Shown here: piece by piece, positions 27,470 to 40,399 of the stretch
Layout: every line of letters starts with the position of its first letter
Position numbering within the stretch: position 1 is the first letter of the stretch
NCBI GenBank assembly: GCA_030704615.1
Contig: CM060734.1
Span: 11,408,001-11,472,000, forward strand
Direction: 5' to 3'
Origin: Takakia lepidozioides
Lineage: Eukaryota > Plantae > Bryophyta
DNA length: 64,000 nucleotides
Program-made: the position numbers and the translations under genes
The notes under the pieces: generated by a model
Told to the model about the DNA's origin: nothing
What the model saw: the letters and a program-made list of their open reading frames with translations, nothing else
The model's database searches: none

Positions 27470-28795
27470 CAATCCATCTGCATCCCGATTGACAATACCG
27501 GCTCGATGCACCACCTGAAAGTCGTACTCTTGAAGCATAAGTGCCCACCGTGCAAGCTTCCCTATAAGCTTGTCTGACTCCATCAACCACTTCAATGGTT
27601 GGTGATCCGTGACAAGGGTGAAGAGATTGTCATAGAGGTAGCATCTGAAATGTGCCACTACCCATACCGCAGCTAGACACTCCCCTTCATAGGAACTATA
27701 CTTCGCCTCGACATCATTGTTCGAGCAGCTAGCATATGCCACTACGAACTCTCTTCCCTCATCATCCACCTGTGTGAGCACTGCTCCAATCCCCAGCATA
27801 CTCCAATCCGTATATAGCTAGAAAAGCCGCCCACGAATAGGCCGCCTCAGAATAGGTGCAGAAGTCAATTGAGCCTTGAGCTCCTCAAAGGCTTCTTCCT
27901 GCTCCTCCTCCCACTGCCACTCCTGACCCACCTTGGTCAACTTGGTAAGAGCTTTTGCAATGCTACTAAATCTCTTGACAAACCGTCGATAGTAATTTGC
28001 CAATCCCATGAAAGCACGAACTCTGCTCACATCCATGGGGCGTGGAATGCATGCAATGGCCTCCACCTTCGTCGTTTGAACACCCAATCCTCTAGGATAT
28101 ATCATGTGGCCCAGATACTCAATTTGATTGTGGAAGAACTTGCACTTTTTGGGGTGCAGTTTCAACCCGTGCGCTCTCAAGCGCTCAAACACCACCTGAA
28201 GGTGTTTCTCATGCTCCTCAACCGTAGCACTAAAGACGATGATGTCATCAATGTAGCACCGAGCGAACTCTAGCCCTACGAGAATCTTATCCATGACCCT
28301 CTGAAACTCTGCAGGAGCATTCTTCAACCCAAACGGTAAGAACCGCCATTGGTACAAACAATCCTTCTCATATTGGTCAATCCCCCAGAATGTCGTCTTT
28401 TGCTTGTCAGCCTTTTTGATTGACAACTGGTGGTAACCGGATCGCAAGTCCAATGTGCTAAACACCTTTGCATACCCAATAGCATCAAAGATCTCCTCTG
28501 GAGTTGGCATGGCATATCTATCGGACTTAGTCTGACGGTTCATAGGACGATAGTCCCCACACATCCTCCTTTCTGTCCAATTGCCATAGATATCCTTCTT
28601 AGCTGACATCACCGTTGCCGAGGCATATTCCCCGCTTGACAACTCCACCAATCCAGCTTTGAACGACTCCATAGTCCGTGACTGGATCAATGACCTCTCC
28701 ATGTCACTATACCAGTAGGGCCTTCGAAAGATTGGCATGTCACTTACCAAATCAATACGAATCTCCTGACCCTTCAAACTCCCCAAATCCTTCAA
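27470..28795 (-). pseudogene. Reverse transcriptase and RNase H
   Basis: RMCGDYRPMN, FSTLDLRSGYHQ, LPFGLKNAP, YIDDIIVF; RNase H YSSYEGECLA, LVTDHQPL, NRDADGLSR. Confidence 0.95.
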
Positions 28796-29299
28796 ACTAA
28801 AGGCAAAGCAATTTCTATAAGCCCTTAGAAATTGCTGGATCCTCCGTCTCTCTCCTCCGGTGACTGTAGGTCCAACATCTAGTTCCCAATTGTCCTCAGT
28901 GACTACAACCTTGGGTACACCAAACTTTGGTTGCTAGATAGCAACATCTTGGGCCTTGTCCGCCCAATCTGACTATGGCGTAGCCTCCACATGCTCCGCC
29001 ATAGCCACCTTGAGAACATCCTCCGAGCAAGAAACATTCTCAAACTCTTCAAAAACCTTGGGCACCTTGGCCTCCAACTGATCCTCAGTCCATGGCTCTC
29101 CCCACTCCTCATATTGCTGCTTGAGAGATCCAATGACTCTCTCTTTGCGCATATCATCCCACATCTGCCATGGGTGTTTACAACCCACAATTTTGTGCTC
29201 GCCCCCACTCACTGCCTCAACCGTCCCGGTTGGCAGGGAGGATGCACTATCCAATGGGAGTGCAGAAGTAGCCATCAATGCTTGCAATCTTTGTTGCTC

Positions 29300-30490
29300 A
29301 GCCATGCACAAGCCAATGACCCATGTCAAGCAATTTAGATCCATTGCTTGACCCAACACTTGGCGGCGTGATGCCTCTGACAAAGCTGGCACATCTGTAG
29401 TGCCGGTGGCAAATCCCATTGCCCGCTCTCGCTCATCCGCATTGGGCTCCACCAATTGCTGTAACACACTGTCCCAAATCAACCTAGGACCATTGTCTCG
29501 GAAAGCATGAGACGAGGGAAAGCTCAGAAGCGTAGGCAAAGCCGAACGTGGCTGCCCCACTCGATTGACCACCGCCAAAGGTGGACGGTCATCATGTCGC
29601 ACCCTCTGCCAAGTATTTGCCTCCAAGGACCTCCAACAGTCCTCCAAAATTGGCACAGCTGTAGTGCCCGTGGCAAACCCCATTGCCCGCTCTCGCTCAT
29701 CCGCATTGGGCTCCACCATCTGCTGTAGCACACTGTCCCAAATCAACCCTGGCCTATTGTCTCGAAAAGCATGAGACAAGGGAAAGCTCATGAGTGTAGG
29801 CAAGGCCGGCTACCCCACTCGATTGACCACCGCCAAAGGTGGACGGCTGCCTCCCTTGGTCCAAAATGCCCTCAACCGTGAGGTTGGGTGGCCGTTGCAT
29901 GGAATCATAGGCTCTTTTGAGCAACTCCGGTGGTGCAAGATTGGTCCACCACAACCTAGGCCTATGTGCCCGTGACCCCACTGCAGCTGCATCCAATTAT
30001 ACAGCTGGTCCAATCCATGACCGGATCTGATGCACATTGGCCATAACCCTAGCCCGAGAATCCCCCATGAGAGGAACATTCTCCAAGATATAAGCTGGAG
30101 GTTGTACTTGCCTCACCTGAAAGTCACGCAACACTCGCAACATCTCCCAAAATAGATGCGATCGTGCATCATGCAAACCATTACCATGACCTGCGGGAGA
30201 ATGTCCTTGGCAAGGCCACCCTGCTATCACCAAGTCAATGGGACCATGCCGATCCAAATCCTCCGCCCCCAGCAAGGTAATGTCTGCTAGCAAGGCCTTT
30301 TGATACCCTTGAATTGCTGAGAGATGCAACAACTCAGGATACCGGTGTGTGAGCAAAGTGATGTGGCGCATAGAAATACGCCGAGCTATCTCATCCTTCT
30401 CCACATACAAGTACTTGCGTACTTAAATCCCAGCTTACAACACTCATGCAAGCCCAGTGCTCATGCCTCCAAACAGGTCTAGCAAACAAA
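29300..30490 (-). pseudogene. DNMT3-like C5-cytosine methyltransferase domain in pol
   Basis: LLDLFGGMSTG, YVEKD, DLVIAGWPCQGHS, YILENV, AHRPRLWWTN, ERERAMGFATGTT, LGQAMDLNCLTW. Frameshifts and a local duplication. Confidence 0.9.
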
Positions 30491-31049
30491 TCCCTGAGTC
30501 AGGTGGTTGCCAGGAAATGGGCACTGTGTCCAAAGGAACTAACTGAGGAGGTGCAGGTGATGTCACTAAACTCCCTTCACTCACCAATGGATAGGCCTCC
30601 TGCCATGCTTGGTGCACCCACTTGCCTGCTACTCGATGCAAATTCCCAACTGTACCCCACAGTGGAATATGAACAGGCACATGAGGAAGCAAATCAGCCT
30701 TGTATGCCAATTGTTTGGTCTCATCAGGTGGTGGCCTATCATCTGCATGGCTATTGCCTTCCAAGAGCTCACCACCCCAAGCCACCACCCCTGAGAATGC
30801 AGCCAATATGGGCATCATGTTCCTATGATCCACCGCTACATTCCCAATAAATCGCACTGGGAGCAGTGCACGTCAGCCATCCCCTGACTGCCACTCCGGC
30901 CTGTAGGATGTCGTTTCCTCCCAAAAGTCCAGAGTAAATCCCATGGGGTACAATACCACCCCACCAACAAGCACATCGTATGATATCGCATCCGTAACAA
31001 TGGCTTTGGCTCTCATGACTGAGCCATCCATAGGATGATCTGGCTATAA

Positions 31050-31343
31050 TCAAATGAATAGCTCATGGCGTGTAATCCCTCCCGCCTTCTCTGAACCACC
31101 TAAAGACGTCTGAATTTGGAAAAGGCAAGGCTCCAAATCCGCCTTTGTAAGACCCAAGCCTGTAATTGCCGCTCTCCCCAACATCAATGGTTGAGTTCCC
31201 GAGTCCAACAAGACTCGCAGTGGCCTATATCTCCACCCGGTTGGGCCACCCAACTGAAACACTTCATCTTGACTGTCCACCAAAACTACCCCAGGAGTCA
31301 CCATGTTGCGCTCAATGGCTGGCCTAGCTGGCAACTCCTGCAA
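31050..31343 (-). pseudogene. Retropepsin-like aspartic protease
   Basis: RVLLDSGTQPLMLG; the downstream DVLVG-type motif is in the next frame. Confidence 0.75.
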
Positions 31344-34300
31344 CCGCAGCGGTTAACGCCGGCGTCCACCGGTCCGTCTCAACTTTTGGTTATCCCACGG
31401 GTAAAGACCCGCTGTAGTGTGAAAAGAAAGGGGCATAAATCCCCTTCTGTCTAATTCTATCTAGTTCTTAGTGAAAGATACGCTTGCTACCCTAAGACTC
31501 ATACCCCTAATGAGTGCCTCTACCCTGTTCATGATCAGAGACTAGATGCCCTCATCCACGCCGCAGCGGAAGAGAAGACATGGATGGGACTGGGAAGTTT
31601 CTCCCTTTTATGACTTGGTACATCCAAGTCCGGTTTGCATACACCAGTAAGACTGCTGTTATGATTTCAGTGTCACAAACAGCTCACTATCAGGGTGAAT
31701 ACACAGCCTATAGGTGGTTACATTTAAAAGCAGTACATGCTGAACTTCCTCTAGAATGAAAGCATTGTGATGTGAGGATGCAACATGGATCTACCACCAT
31801 GTGCAGGTACAGGTAGTTCACTGCCTCTCACGGATTTTCCTTTAAATCACAAGTGACCCTCCCTTCATCCTTCATTAGTCTTTCTCTCTTTCCACACAGA
31901 GACCCTCTTCATTCTGATTGCTTGCAGAAGCAATCAGTTTGTCAGTCAGTAAATACAAGCCCCTTAACTATATGCATTCTACAAAACAAAAATCTTAGTT
32001 TGCATTCAACTCCCAATTAACAGAGTTCCAGAAACAGATCCCTCTCAGTCTAACAACTAACATGAAATGACAGTGTCACTTATGCAGCTACATGCAATGC
32101 AGAAGCACCCAACAGTTTGCAAGAGATCTACCATGCATTCCACTACTTTGTGCATGCATATGCCAGGCCTTAATTCTTGGTAAACTGAACCCTCATTCCT
32201 ATGTTGTAATACTGACCAGCAAATCTTACTTGTTTCTACTCTACGACATCCACTTTGCAGGTATGATCACCACTAAAACCCTAAAGCAACGTTGATTCCA
32301 GACTCACAGTGCTGAACCAGAAAGAAAAGAAAACAGAATCAAGACAATACATTCTGTGACTGAGGGTTTGGAGAATCTCCCCTCAATCAACATTCCATTG
32401 CAATGCTTGCATCACCTCTCGTTCTCTCTACACCTTCTTGGTTTGAAGTCCAGGCAGTCCCTCCATTCCATTTTTCATAAAGTTATCACATCTCTCATGC
32501 TAACTTGAGAGCATCCCAAGAAATTTCAACAACATCTATCCTAAGTACCCATTACTGCCATCTTACCCTAGGATAATATTCACAACTTGACCACACAAGT
32601 TTCTGTGGCACACCGCCCTTTTCCTAGCTACAATCGTCTTCCCTACCGCTCCCTTCATCTCTCCGTAGGCCTAAGTTTCCATACCCTCCGTCTGCAGTAC
32701 ATGGTATCAGGCTGCTGCTTCCCCGCAATTCCCACACTTCCGGACATCAAAGCAATGACTGCAACGCCTCTCCTCTTCTGGCTTGAACACACATTACCAA
32801 GTTGTCTCCTTCCAAGAATATCCTCCAGCAGGCCTAAGTTTCCATCCCTTCTGGCAGCAGCACATGGTGTCAAGCTGCTCACTCCCCTGCTGAACTATCC
32901 TGCAGCAATTCCCATTTCTCAAAGCACCAGAGCAATCACCGCACCGCCTCCCTTCATCTGCCCTAAGCACACATTGCCAAGCTGCCTCTTCGCAAGATTA
33001 TCTTCCAGCGAGCCCTAAATTACCACTCATTATAGTAACGACGACACCGCTTCTCCCCTTCTGGCAGCTGGACAGGTTACAATGTTGCCTCCCCTGTGTC
33101 TCCCCTCACCCCTTCATTACTTCTATCCTAATCATGCTTCATGGCAACTCAAGACAAGCAGAATGTGCTCAAGTCACCTTCTACACACTGCCCCTGCTCA
33201 TTCCCTTGCCCGCAGCACTCTCAGGACCTCCCCGATATTGCATCCGGGATGACAATGAAAACACATCCATCCATCAAGAGAAATTCGTTTATCCAATGAA
33301 TGAAAAAACCCACTGGGCACGACTTAACCCCTTTCACACTGGTACTGGGTCCCTCTTTTAAATACAAACAATTCAATGAGCAACAGTAAAGTTTTAAACT
33401 GCCCCCACTGCATTCACACTACACCGCACCCTGCTTGCACGCTTCAGGGCCTCACGCCTGAGCCACCCGGCTGATGTACTTGATCTCAGTACGATTTAAG
33501 GTCAACACTGGGGCCCCGCTCCCCGTATGTCGTGGCTGGGCCACAGCTGCCTCCACGCTTTTAGTAATCGAGTGCCTACTCTCTAGGCGCAGCACCCAGG
33601 CTCCTCCCGGGCTGCTCGCGACCTTGGGGCAGCTGCTGTCAAGCGAAATCAGCCCGCCCAAACCCCAAGACAAAAAAAATACAACCCACCCTCCCCTAGG
33701 CCTCCATGGCTTGCTAGTGGGGGGGGGGGGGATTAGCACATAGTGGCCTTATAGTGGCCCTATATCATAGATCCAGCCTACTGGCCTACTTTTGCCAGAG
33801 CTGACTATATTTCAAATTAGTAATCAAACACAAAGATTCATTCTTCAAACAATTCAAATACAAGCCTCTATTGGTACCCTTTTCAATAGGCTATGGGGTT
33901 CTTCCCCTTGTCAATTCTAGACATGAAATAGTGGGATTCCACAATGCACTCTCCTCTTTTGAAGAGCCTAAATCAGATTTTCAACTTCAAGCTTTGTTTG
34001 GAAAATAAATGAATCACATACATAAATGGTGAAATGGTAAGATGGGATCAACCTTTCTATGCGAGAGTGCTTGGGATGCTCTATCGACTCAAGTAATGGT
34101 ACTCTATGCGGCCTCCACTTGGGCTCTCGTCTGTAAGTCCACACCAGCCCCTCCTACTCGTCCTCAAGTCACTTTCCTCTACATGAAATTGCCCTCTTCC
34201 TTCACAAATGAAATGGCTCAAAGGCCCACAAGCTAGGCCACTTGCCTTAGCTCGCAAGAATTCTACCTAATTAGGGAGCTTCAAGCTCCACTCCCTAGGA

Positions 34301-35470
34301 TCTAGCCTCCTCAAGCCTCAAACTAACAACACTACAACAACAAGAGGAAACTAAGCAAGAGAAAGAACTAGATGAAGAACAAGAGAAGAACTAGATGAAG
34401 AACAAGCGAAGAACTAGGTGAAGAACAAGGGAAGCCTTGCCCTTCTTTTATACTGTTTTTGAGCCTAATAAACTAATGGAAAATATTCATTAAACTATTG
34501 TTTCCTTGGAGGATCTATAATATAATATTCAACATGGATGAAAAGTCTTAGAGGCAAATGAAAGCTGGTTTTTCATCCATCCAATTGGATGACCAGTTGG
34601 CGCGAGTTGTCATTTCATCCATCCAGCTCCTCAAGGCGAATTCCAGGATTTTTCATCCATCCAAGAAGTAGAAATGCAAATAATAGGCCCCGTGAGTGCC
34701 GTCGACTCAATAATTCGGCCCCGCTGCTAATCAGCTCTATAAATCACCAAACTTGGTGACAAACTACAATTATATACCTTGTATCAGCCTGTTTCTCAGC
34801 TCCATCGGTGGTAAAAAATTGCACTTCTCACCATTCGTCGTATTTTCGCTACACACAGATTTTGTGGTATTTTTGGAAATCAAATCCCTGGTGATGGCTC
34901 TGGGGTCTTTGACCCTGCCACTGAGTCATAGGTTGTCTGGAGTCCCCTCCAATTGTCCCGCACCGCTAACAAGTCCACGCTTCGCCGTTTGAAGTTGTCC
35001 TGACCTGCTGTCATTCCGATGCGGCCAATTGCTTTGTTGCGATATTTCATCGTTGTACATGTCGCTTCCACCAATTGCCAAGCTCTTCGCCGTGTATTCC
35101 TACTGGACTTGAAAGGCGGGAGAAAAGAGAGATCGCAATCTGCGACTAGAACAGTCGTCCTGTATTGTTTGAACATGATTAACTTGCCGTTTCCGGTACC
35201 GAATTGGCAGCCTAATCTGCTGTCGATGCAGCTTCATACGGTCATCTTGACGCCAGAGTTCCACTCCATGGTCGTCGCAGACACTGTCTAATTTCCTACG
35301 TGCTTTACCAACGATTTCCAGACAACTAACAAACTAACTTGTTTTGGCAGTACAATGCCGAAACCGCTTGTCTTATGATAAAAAACGATCTGAAAATAAA
35401 AGTGTACCAATATATGCATCTACAGGCCTATGAACCGTCTGAATTTAGTGTAGATATTAGAGAAGCGCGG

Positions 35471-35700
35471 TCACATATAGATCATGGGGGTGTCATGGTT
35501 GATGTCTTTGTCAGGATCGCATTCGGTGATGTTAATATGAAGGTTAGGGGCCGGGATTGGGTTGTGGACGTACCGATGATCCTTGGGTTGGGTGGGGGAG
35601 GCATGTTTTTGATGTATGTGGGTGAGGAAGTTAGTGTTGGTGAGTTTGTGGAAGTTGGTAAGGAGAGTGAGGTTATGTGCAGGGTCACAGTCATCATGTG
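35471..35700 (-). mobile_element. Possible RandI/Dualen-like LINE internal fragment
   Basis: Peptide HINITECDPDKDI resembles a motif I recall from this LINE clade. Short match only. Confidence 0.3.
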
Positions 35701-36128
35701 AGCCGAACCGTATGTGCAATGACGACATATGCAACGTGCGTGCCAAATTTGGGAGTGAACAAAATTCATTTGGACCCAAAACCACAGTTTCTTCCTTGTT
35801 TTGCACTGCAAACTTGATTTGTGTTCTACTTCATGCACTCTTTATAGAGAGTTCTGCAATAGTGAGTGAAGAGATTTATTTATTTATTTATTTATTTTAT
35901 TTTATTTTTCCATTTTTGTTTGGTCTAAATTTTTGCAAGGAAGTAGGGGTGGGAGGCTTGAAGCTGCAGAACAAAATTGAGCCAAAAATAAAATTGATAC
36001 GTAGCAAAAAACCCCAATCAAAGGCTATATACGTCTTTCGGCTCAGGCCAATTGAATGGCTTGCCCATGAACCGAAGTACTACATGGGCTAATGTGACTC
36101 TCTCATTATTATTGTTGTCGTACAACCT

Positions 36129-37489
36129 TTATAGCATTGAATGCCAACAACCTCCCGTAAATTGGTCCTGGAACATACTTTGATCATAATGAGCGCCGCC
36201 ATTTATTCGTACCGCTATCTTCTCAATGGCAAAGGCCTCTGACGTCATGTCCTGGGGGGGGGGGGGGGGGGGGGGGGGTGGCATTCGCATTGAAAACCGA
36301 TGCAATATCTTTTTCCACCCACCATCTTTTCGCGAGTTCCCGGTCCAGCTTGTCTTGGTTTTCAAACTGGTACGGCGAGGCTTTGCGTATGCCCAATGGG
36401 GTGGCTAAGCCCCAATCATATACCCCAATCTTGATCTCCTTGGTGCCATCTGGAAAATGCAACAAGATGTTGTCGGGGGACAAGTCGTTGTGTAGGACAC
36501 CGTTCTTGTGGACACCATCCATGATGCATACCAATACCCATGCAAGTTTACTGCGCACTTTCCGGAAACGAAGCAAGCGATCGCATTCCTGGAACTCTGC
36601 TTCCGTTCCCCTTTGTTCCAAAATCACCCTGTTGTCCGAATCGTTGCCCCATTTTCTGTCAAGGTTCATCATGTCGCGTATTGTCCTCCCATTCCACCAG
36701 CGAGTATAACCCTCTACCTCACATGCATTCACAGCAAAATACAAGATAACACCCGGATGTTGGAACTTCACTGCCAAACACTCGTCGTTATGTTGTCTCA
36801 ACGCCTTTTCTGGATTTTTAGACTTGGGGTTTTTTTCCCGCTAGCTCCCAACGCTCCGGTATTCTAGAATTGCCAACAATCCTACAGTGACAGACCTTAG
36901 CATACCCTCCTTCTTTATAAGGGCCAATCTCTACCACCTTTGCACTAGAGTTCAGGTAATAAAGACCAGTTGTGCCTCCCCCGCCTGATGACCCCGCCTT
37001 CCAAGGGACAACCCTAGTCCGGCGATGTGAATTCTGACTTGCCGAGCAAGCCCAATACTCAACACGCCGCATTAATTCAGCTTCGGCGGAGGGCACTCGA
37101 CCCTCGGTTGTTCTACCCTTCCATGTCTTCATTAGCTGCCTCAAATTCCACGTGGCGTCTTTCGCCCTGCTTTGAATCCACCGATTGAACTTCGGCTTGT
37201 CCCTGTCCGCCATCCACTTAGCCCCCACCAAAGCGTTTGTCATTTTCTTCTCCATATTTTGCTGAAAAATATGAAACCCCTCCCATCTATGCCTAACATA
37301 AGCACTCTCCAGCCTCATCATGTCCCTACCCTTGAAATAATCCACTACCACTTCTTTCACCCTATCCAAGGCATCCGGTCCCGGGTAGTCTGGCTTGTTG
37401 ACCTGGCTATCCCGCTCGTGGGCACGTTTTCTCTTCCTCCGCCCCCCAAACGACCCTGCCCCAGAACTTGAATTCACAACCCCCGACAT
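36129..37489 (-). pseudogene. Intronless protein kinase gene (frameshifts at homopolymer runs), probably transposon cargo
   Basis: EGGYAKV (Gly loop), LAGK, QHPGVI, VLHNDLSPDNILL, YDWGLA. Frame breaks at the T-run near 36830 and the G-run near 36260. TATA-like CCTATATAAA on the minus strand near 37810. Confidence 0.8.
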
Positions 37490-37989
37490 TGTATAAACCT
37501 TTGCCCACTACAGGGTTCAAAACCTTAGAAAACGGCAATGAACGTGTGTGGATGGTGTTTTTGTAGTTTTCTGCAAAAAAACAGGCCGCCGAAGATCCGG
37601 AAACGGAAAAATGGTGATACGATAATTGTACCGTGAACAAGTGTGTGGGACTGACCAATAGTAAACCGACAAAACCTCCCCCCCCAAATAATCACATTTG
37701 CACCTCCCGTTGGCAGTGCCAAGCAACGAAGTCCGAAAGGACTACAGAATGCCAAGGAACCGCACCACAAGAGGGGCAAAAGTGATCAGAAAAGGAGGGG
37801 GGAATGGTTTATATAGGCGCCTACCAGCCGCGCCCCCCCCCCCCCTCCCAAAAAAATAGCATTATGCTTGAAAAGGCGCAACAGGCCAGTGGCGCCTCGC
37901 CACGTGGCTGGCCGAGGCACCGCTTCATGATTAAAAATTAAAAACAAAACGCCACACGGCGGGTCCCTGGATTTCTAAGGAAAAAAAAA

Positions 37990-38770
37990 ACACGCGACCC
38001 TCGTATGGTGGTCGCTATATTTATAAAAACAAGAAGAGCGACCACTACATGGCGGTCGCTGCTTTTTAAATATATGTATTAAATAAGCGACCGCCTACTA
38101 GCGGTCGCTTAATTCAAGATTCAAAATATAAATAAGCGACCGCCGCTAAATGGCGGTCGCTTCATTTTTAAAAATATATTAAATAAGCGACCGGTCGTTT
38201 TATTTAAGAATAAGAATAAAAATAAGCGACCGCTGCTAAATGGCGGTCGCTAAATTTAAAAATATATATATAGCGACCGCCACATGGCAGTCGCTGTATT
38301 TTTACAGAATATATCAAAGATATAATATTAATAATATAATAAAGTGCGAGCGACCGCCAATCTGGGCGGTCGCTTCATTTAAAACATAATAAACTTTAAC
38401 CGACCGCCAATGTAGGCGGTCGCTTATTTAAAAATGTAATAAAATACGGGCGACCGCCAATACTGACGGTCGCTTAATTTAACAAAATATTAAATTACAA
38501 ACAACTATCAATATGGGCGGTCGCTTTTATTTTTAAATTAATAAATTATATGCGACCGCTAATATAGGCGGACACATTTTTTTTTAAGAATTAATAAATA
38601 TTAATAATTGGCCACGTCTGTTTTACACCGTAGCTGCCATGTCATTACAAAGGGTAGAAGTAAATCGTAAAAGTCAAATGTAAAAAAAATTACATGGATA
38701 AACGTCTGGATTTGACGTGACGTGACGGCCGACGTGTGAGCGTCACGTCACATTAGGAATGATAACTAGG
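37990..38770. mobile_element. DNA-element terminus with ~12 subterminal palindromes (GCGACCGCC-N4-7-GGCGGTCGC, ~50 bp period); element body lies to the left
   Basis: GC palindromes separated by AT-rich spacers. Ends GGAATGATAACTAGG at 38770. Inverted homolog at 63209-64000. Confidence 0.8.
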
Positions 38771-39150
38771 ATGTAGTGGGAGAAGTTGTCCGCAACTTGC
38801 GCTGCTCAACCATACTCAGGCTGATGATCCAGGTCAAGCAATTGAGATCCATTGCTTACCCCAACACCTGACAACGTGATGCCTCAGAAAGAGATGGCAC
38901 CGCCTTGGTACCGGTGGTAAAACCCATTGTCCACTCACGCTCGTTGGCATTGGGCTCCACTAACTGCTGCAATTGGGCATCCTACAAGAGGCCAGGTCCA
39001 CTACCCCGGAAAGCATGCGATCCTGGGAAGCTGAGTAGTGTAGGTAGTGCTGCTCGTGGTTGACCCACCTTGTTGACCACTGCCAAAGGCGACCAGTCAT
39101 CGTGTCTCACACGCTGAGACTACCTCCCTGTGTCCAAAATGTTATCCAAT
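38771..39150 (-). mobile_element. Gypsy-DNMT family fragment (DNMT C-terminal motifs; divergent subfamily)
   Basis: Homologous to ~29290-29600: RAALPTLLSFPGSHAFR, EPNANERE, MGFTTGT, AMDLNCLTW. Confidence 0.8.
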
Positions 39151-39547
39151 AAAACACCAACGGAAGAAAATCAGGCACATCCAGAAAAGGGATGAGGTTT
39201 ACTCAAAACCAGAAGCTATATGCTTCTTGGTAAGCCCGGGCCCAGTAATTAAAGCTAACTGCGCTTTAAACCTAGGCGGACAGCAGGACAAAATTATCTC
39301 CACGAGAACCTCGAGAGAAGTTAGAGAAAAAGCCTATAGAGGAGAACCCCTATTTAAACCCAGAAACGAACCCCACACCTTCTCTTCCGCAAACTGGAAT
39401 CTAGTCATAATATTGAAAGTGCTGCTTGAGAGAGAGCTTGGAGTTCAACTTTCCAGCTGCTTAAGAGGCACTTTAGCCGGATGTGAACGTAAACTGACCG
39501 AAATCGGACACTCATCAACAACCATCAGTTCAATCCAAGACAAACCA

Positions 39548-39718
39548 CGATGTAGTTTTATCTTTGGTTAAAAAGCTACAGTCTCTGCTTCCCAAGTCAA
39601 GAGAAAATATGGACTTTTGAACTCTTGCGTGCCCAACTATATGACTGTTTTGTCCATATTTTCTCTTGACTTGGGAAGCAGAAACTATAATTTTTTAACC
39701 AAAGATAAAACTACATCG
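39548..39718. repeat. Long inverted repeat (67 bp arms, 37 nt loop)
   Basis: 39548-39614 pairs with 39652-39718 with about four transition mismatches. Confidence 0.85.
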
Positions 39719-39724
39719 CACGGA

Positions 39725-40130
39725 GATCCTTCCTTGGTCTCTACTTCTTTATAAGAGCTTGTTGGCAGCTACACTCTGTGAGAGTGGGGAGGTTACTTCA
39801 TCTTCTGCGGAGATAGTGGGAGGTGTAGTGACGGAGGGATCCTCGGATGTGAGGGTGAAGACTGCCACGGCGGCGCCATGGCAAGCTGCAACTGCCAGGT
39901 TGGCAGAGCTGCCAGCTAGGCCAGCCATTGAGCGCGCCATGGTGACACCTGGGGTTCTCATGTTAGACAACCAGGATGACATTTTCTGTTTGAGTGGACC
40001 GGTAGGCAAGAGATACCGGCCACTGCGAGTCTTGTTGGACTCGGGAGCTCAGCCATTGATGCTGGGCAGAGCTGCTATTGCAGGCTTGGGCCTCACGGAG
40101 GCGGATATGGAGCCTTGTCCTTTCCAGATA
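39725..40130 (+). mobile_element. Gypsy-DNMT family protease fragment
   Basis: RYRPLRVLLDSGAQPLMLGRAAIAGLGL, homologous to ~11230-11585. Confidence 0.8.
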
Positions 40131-40399
40131 TGGCAAACCACATCTATACAAGTGTGTCCTAACTGTCATAGCCGGAATGGGCACTACTCTCCTACACCCT
40201 CTGAGGAACTTGCCCCACCTTCCTCCTCATCCCCCTCATCCCCCCCATCCTCCGAGCTCTGAGATGCATCAGTTCCACTATGCCTCTCAAAAATTCCGTC
40301 CTCTCTTTGGGGGACTGTCCACCTCACTCCTGGGAATCTTCTGCCTCTTCTCCCCCACTTTCCTCAGCAGAATCCAAGACAAAATCTACAAGCTTGACG

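Noticed and set aside
31350-31419. Possible CACTA end (…GCTGTAGTG) truncating the Gypsy element
   Set aside because: Only ~70 bp, with no partner end or repeats; insufficient support.
38772-38778. TGTAGTG as a CACTA terminus
   Set aside because: It is not shared by the 63209 copy, and it falls in the flanking Gypsy-derived sequence.
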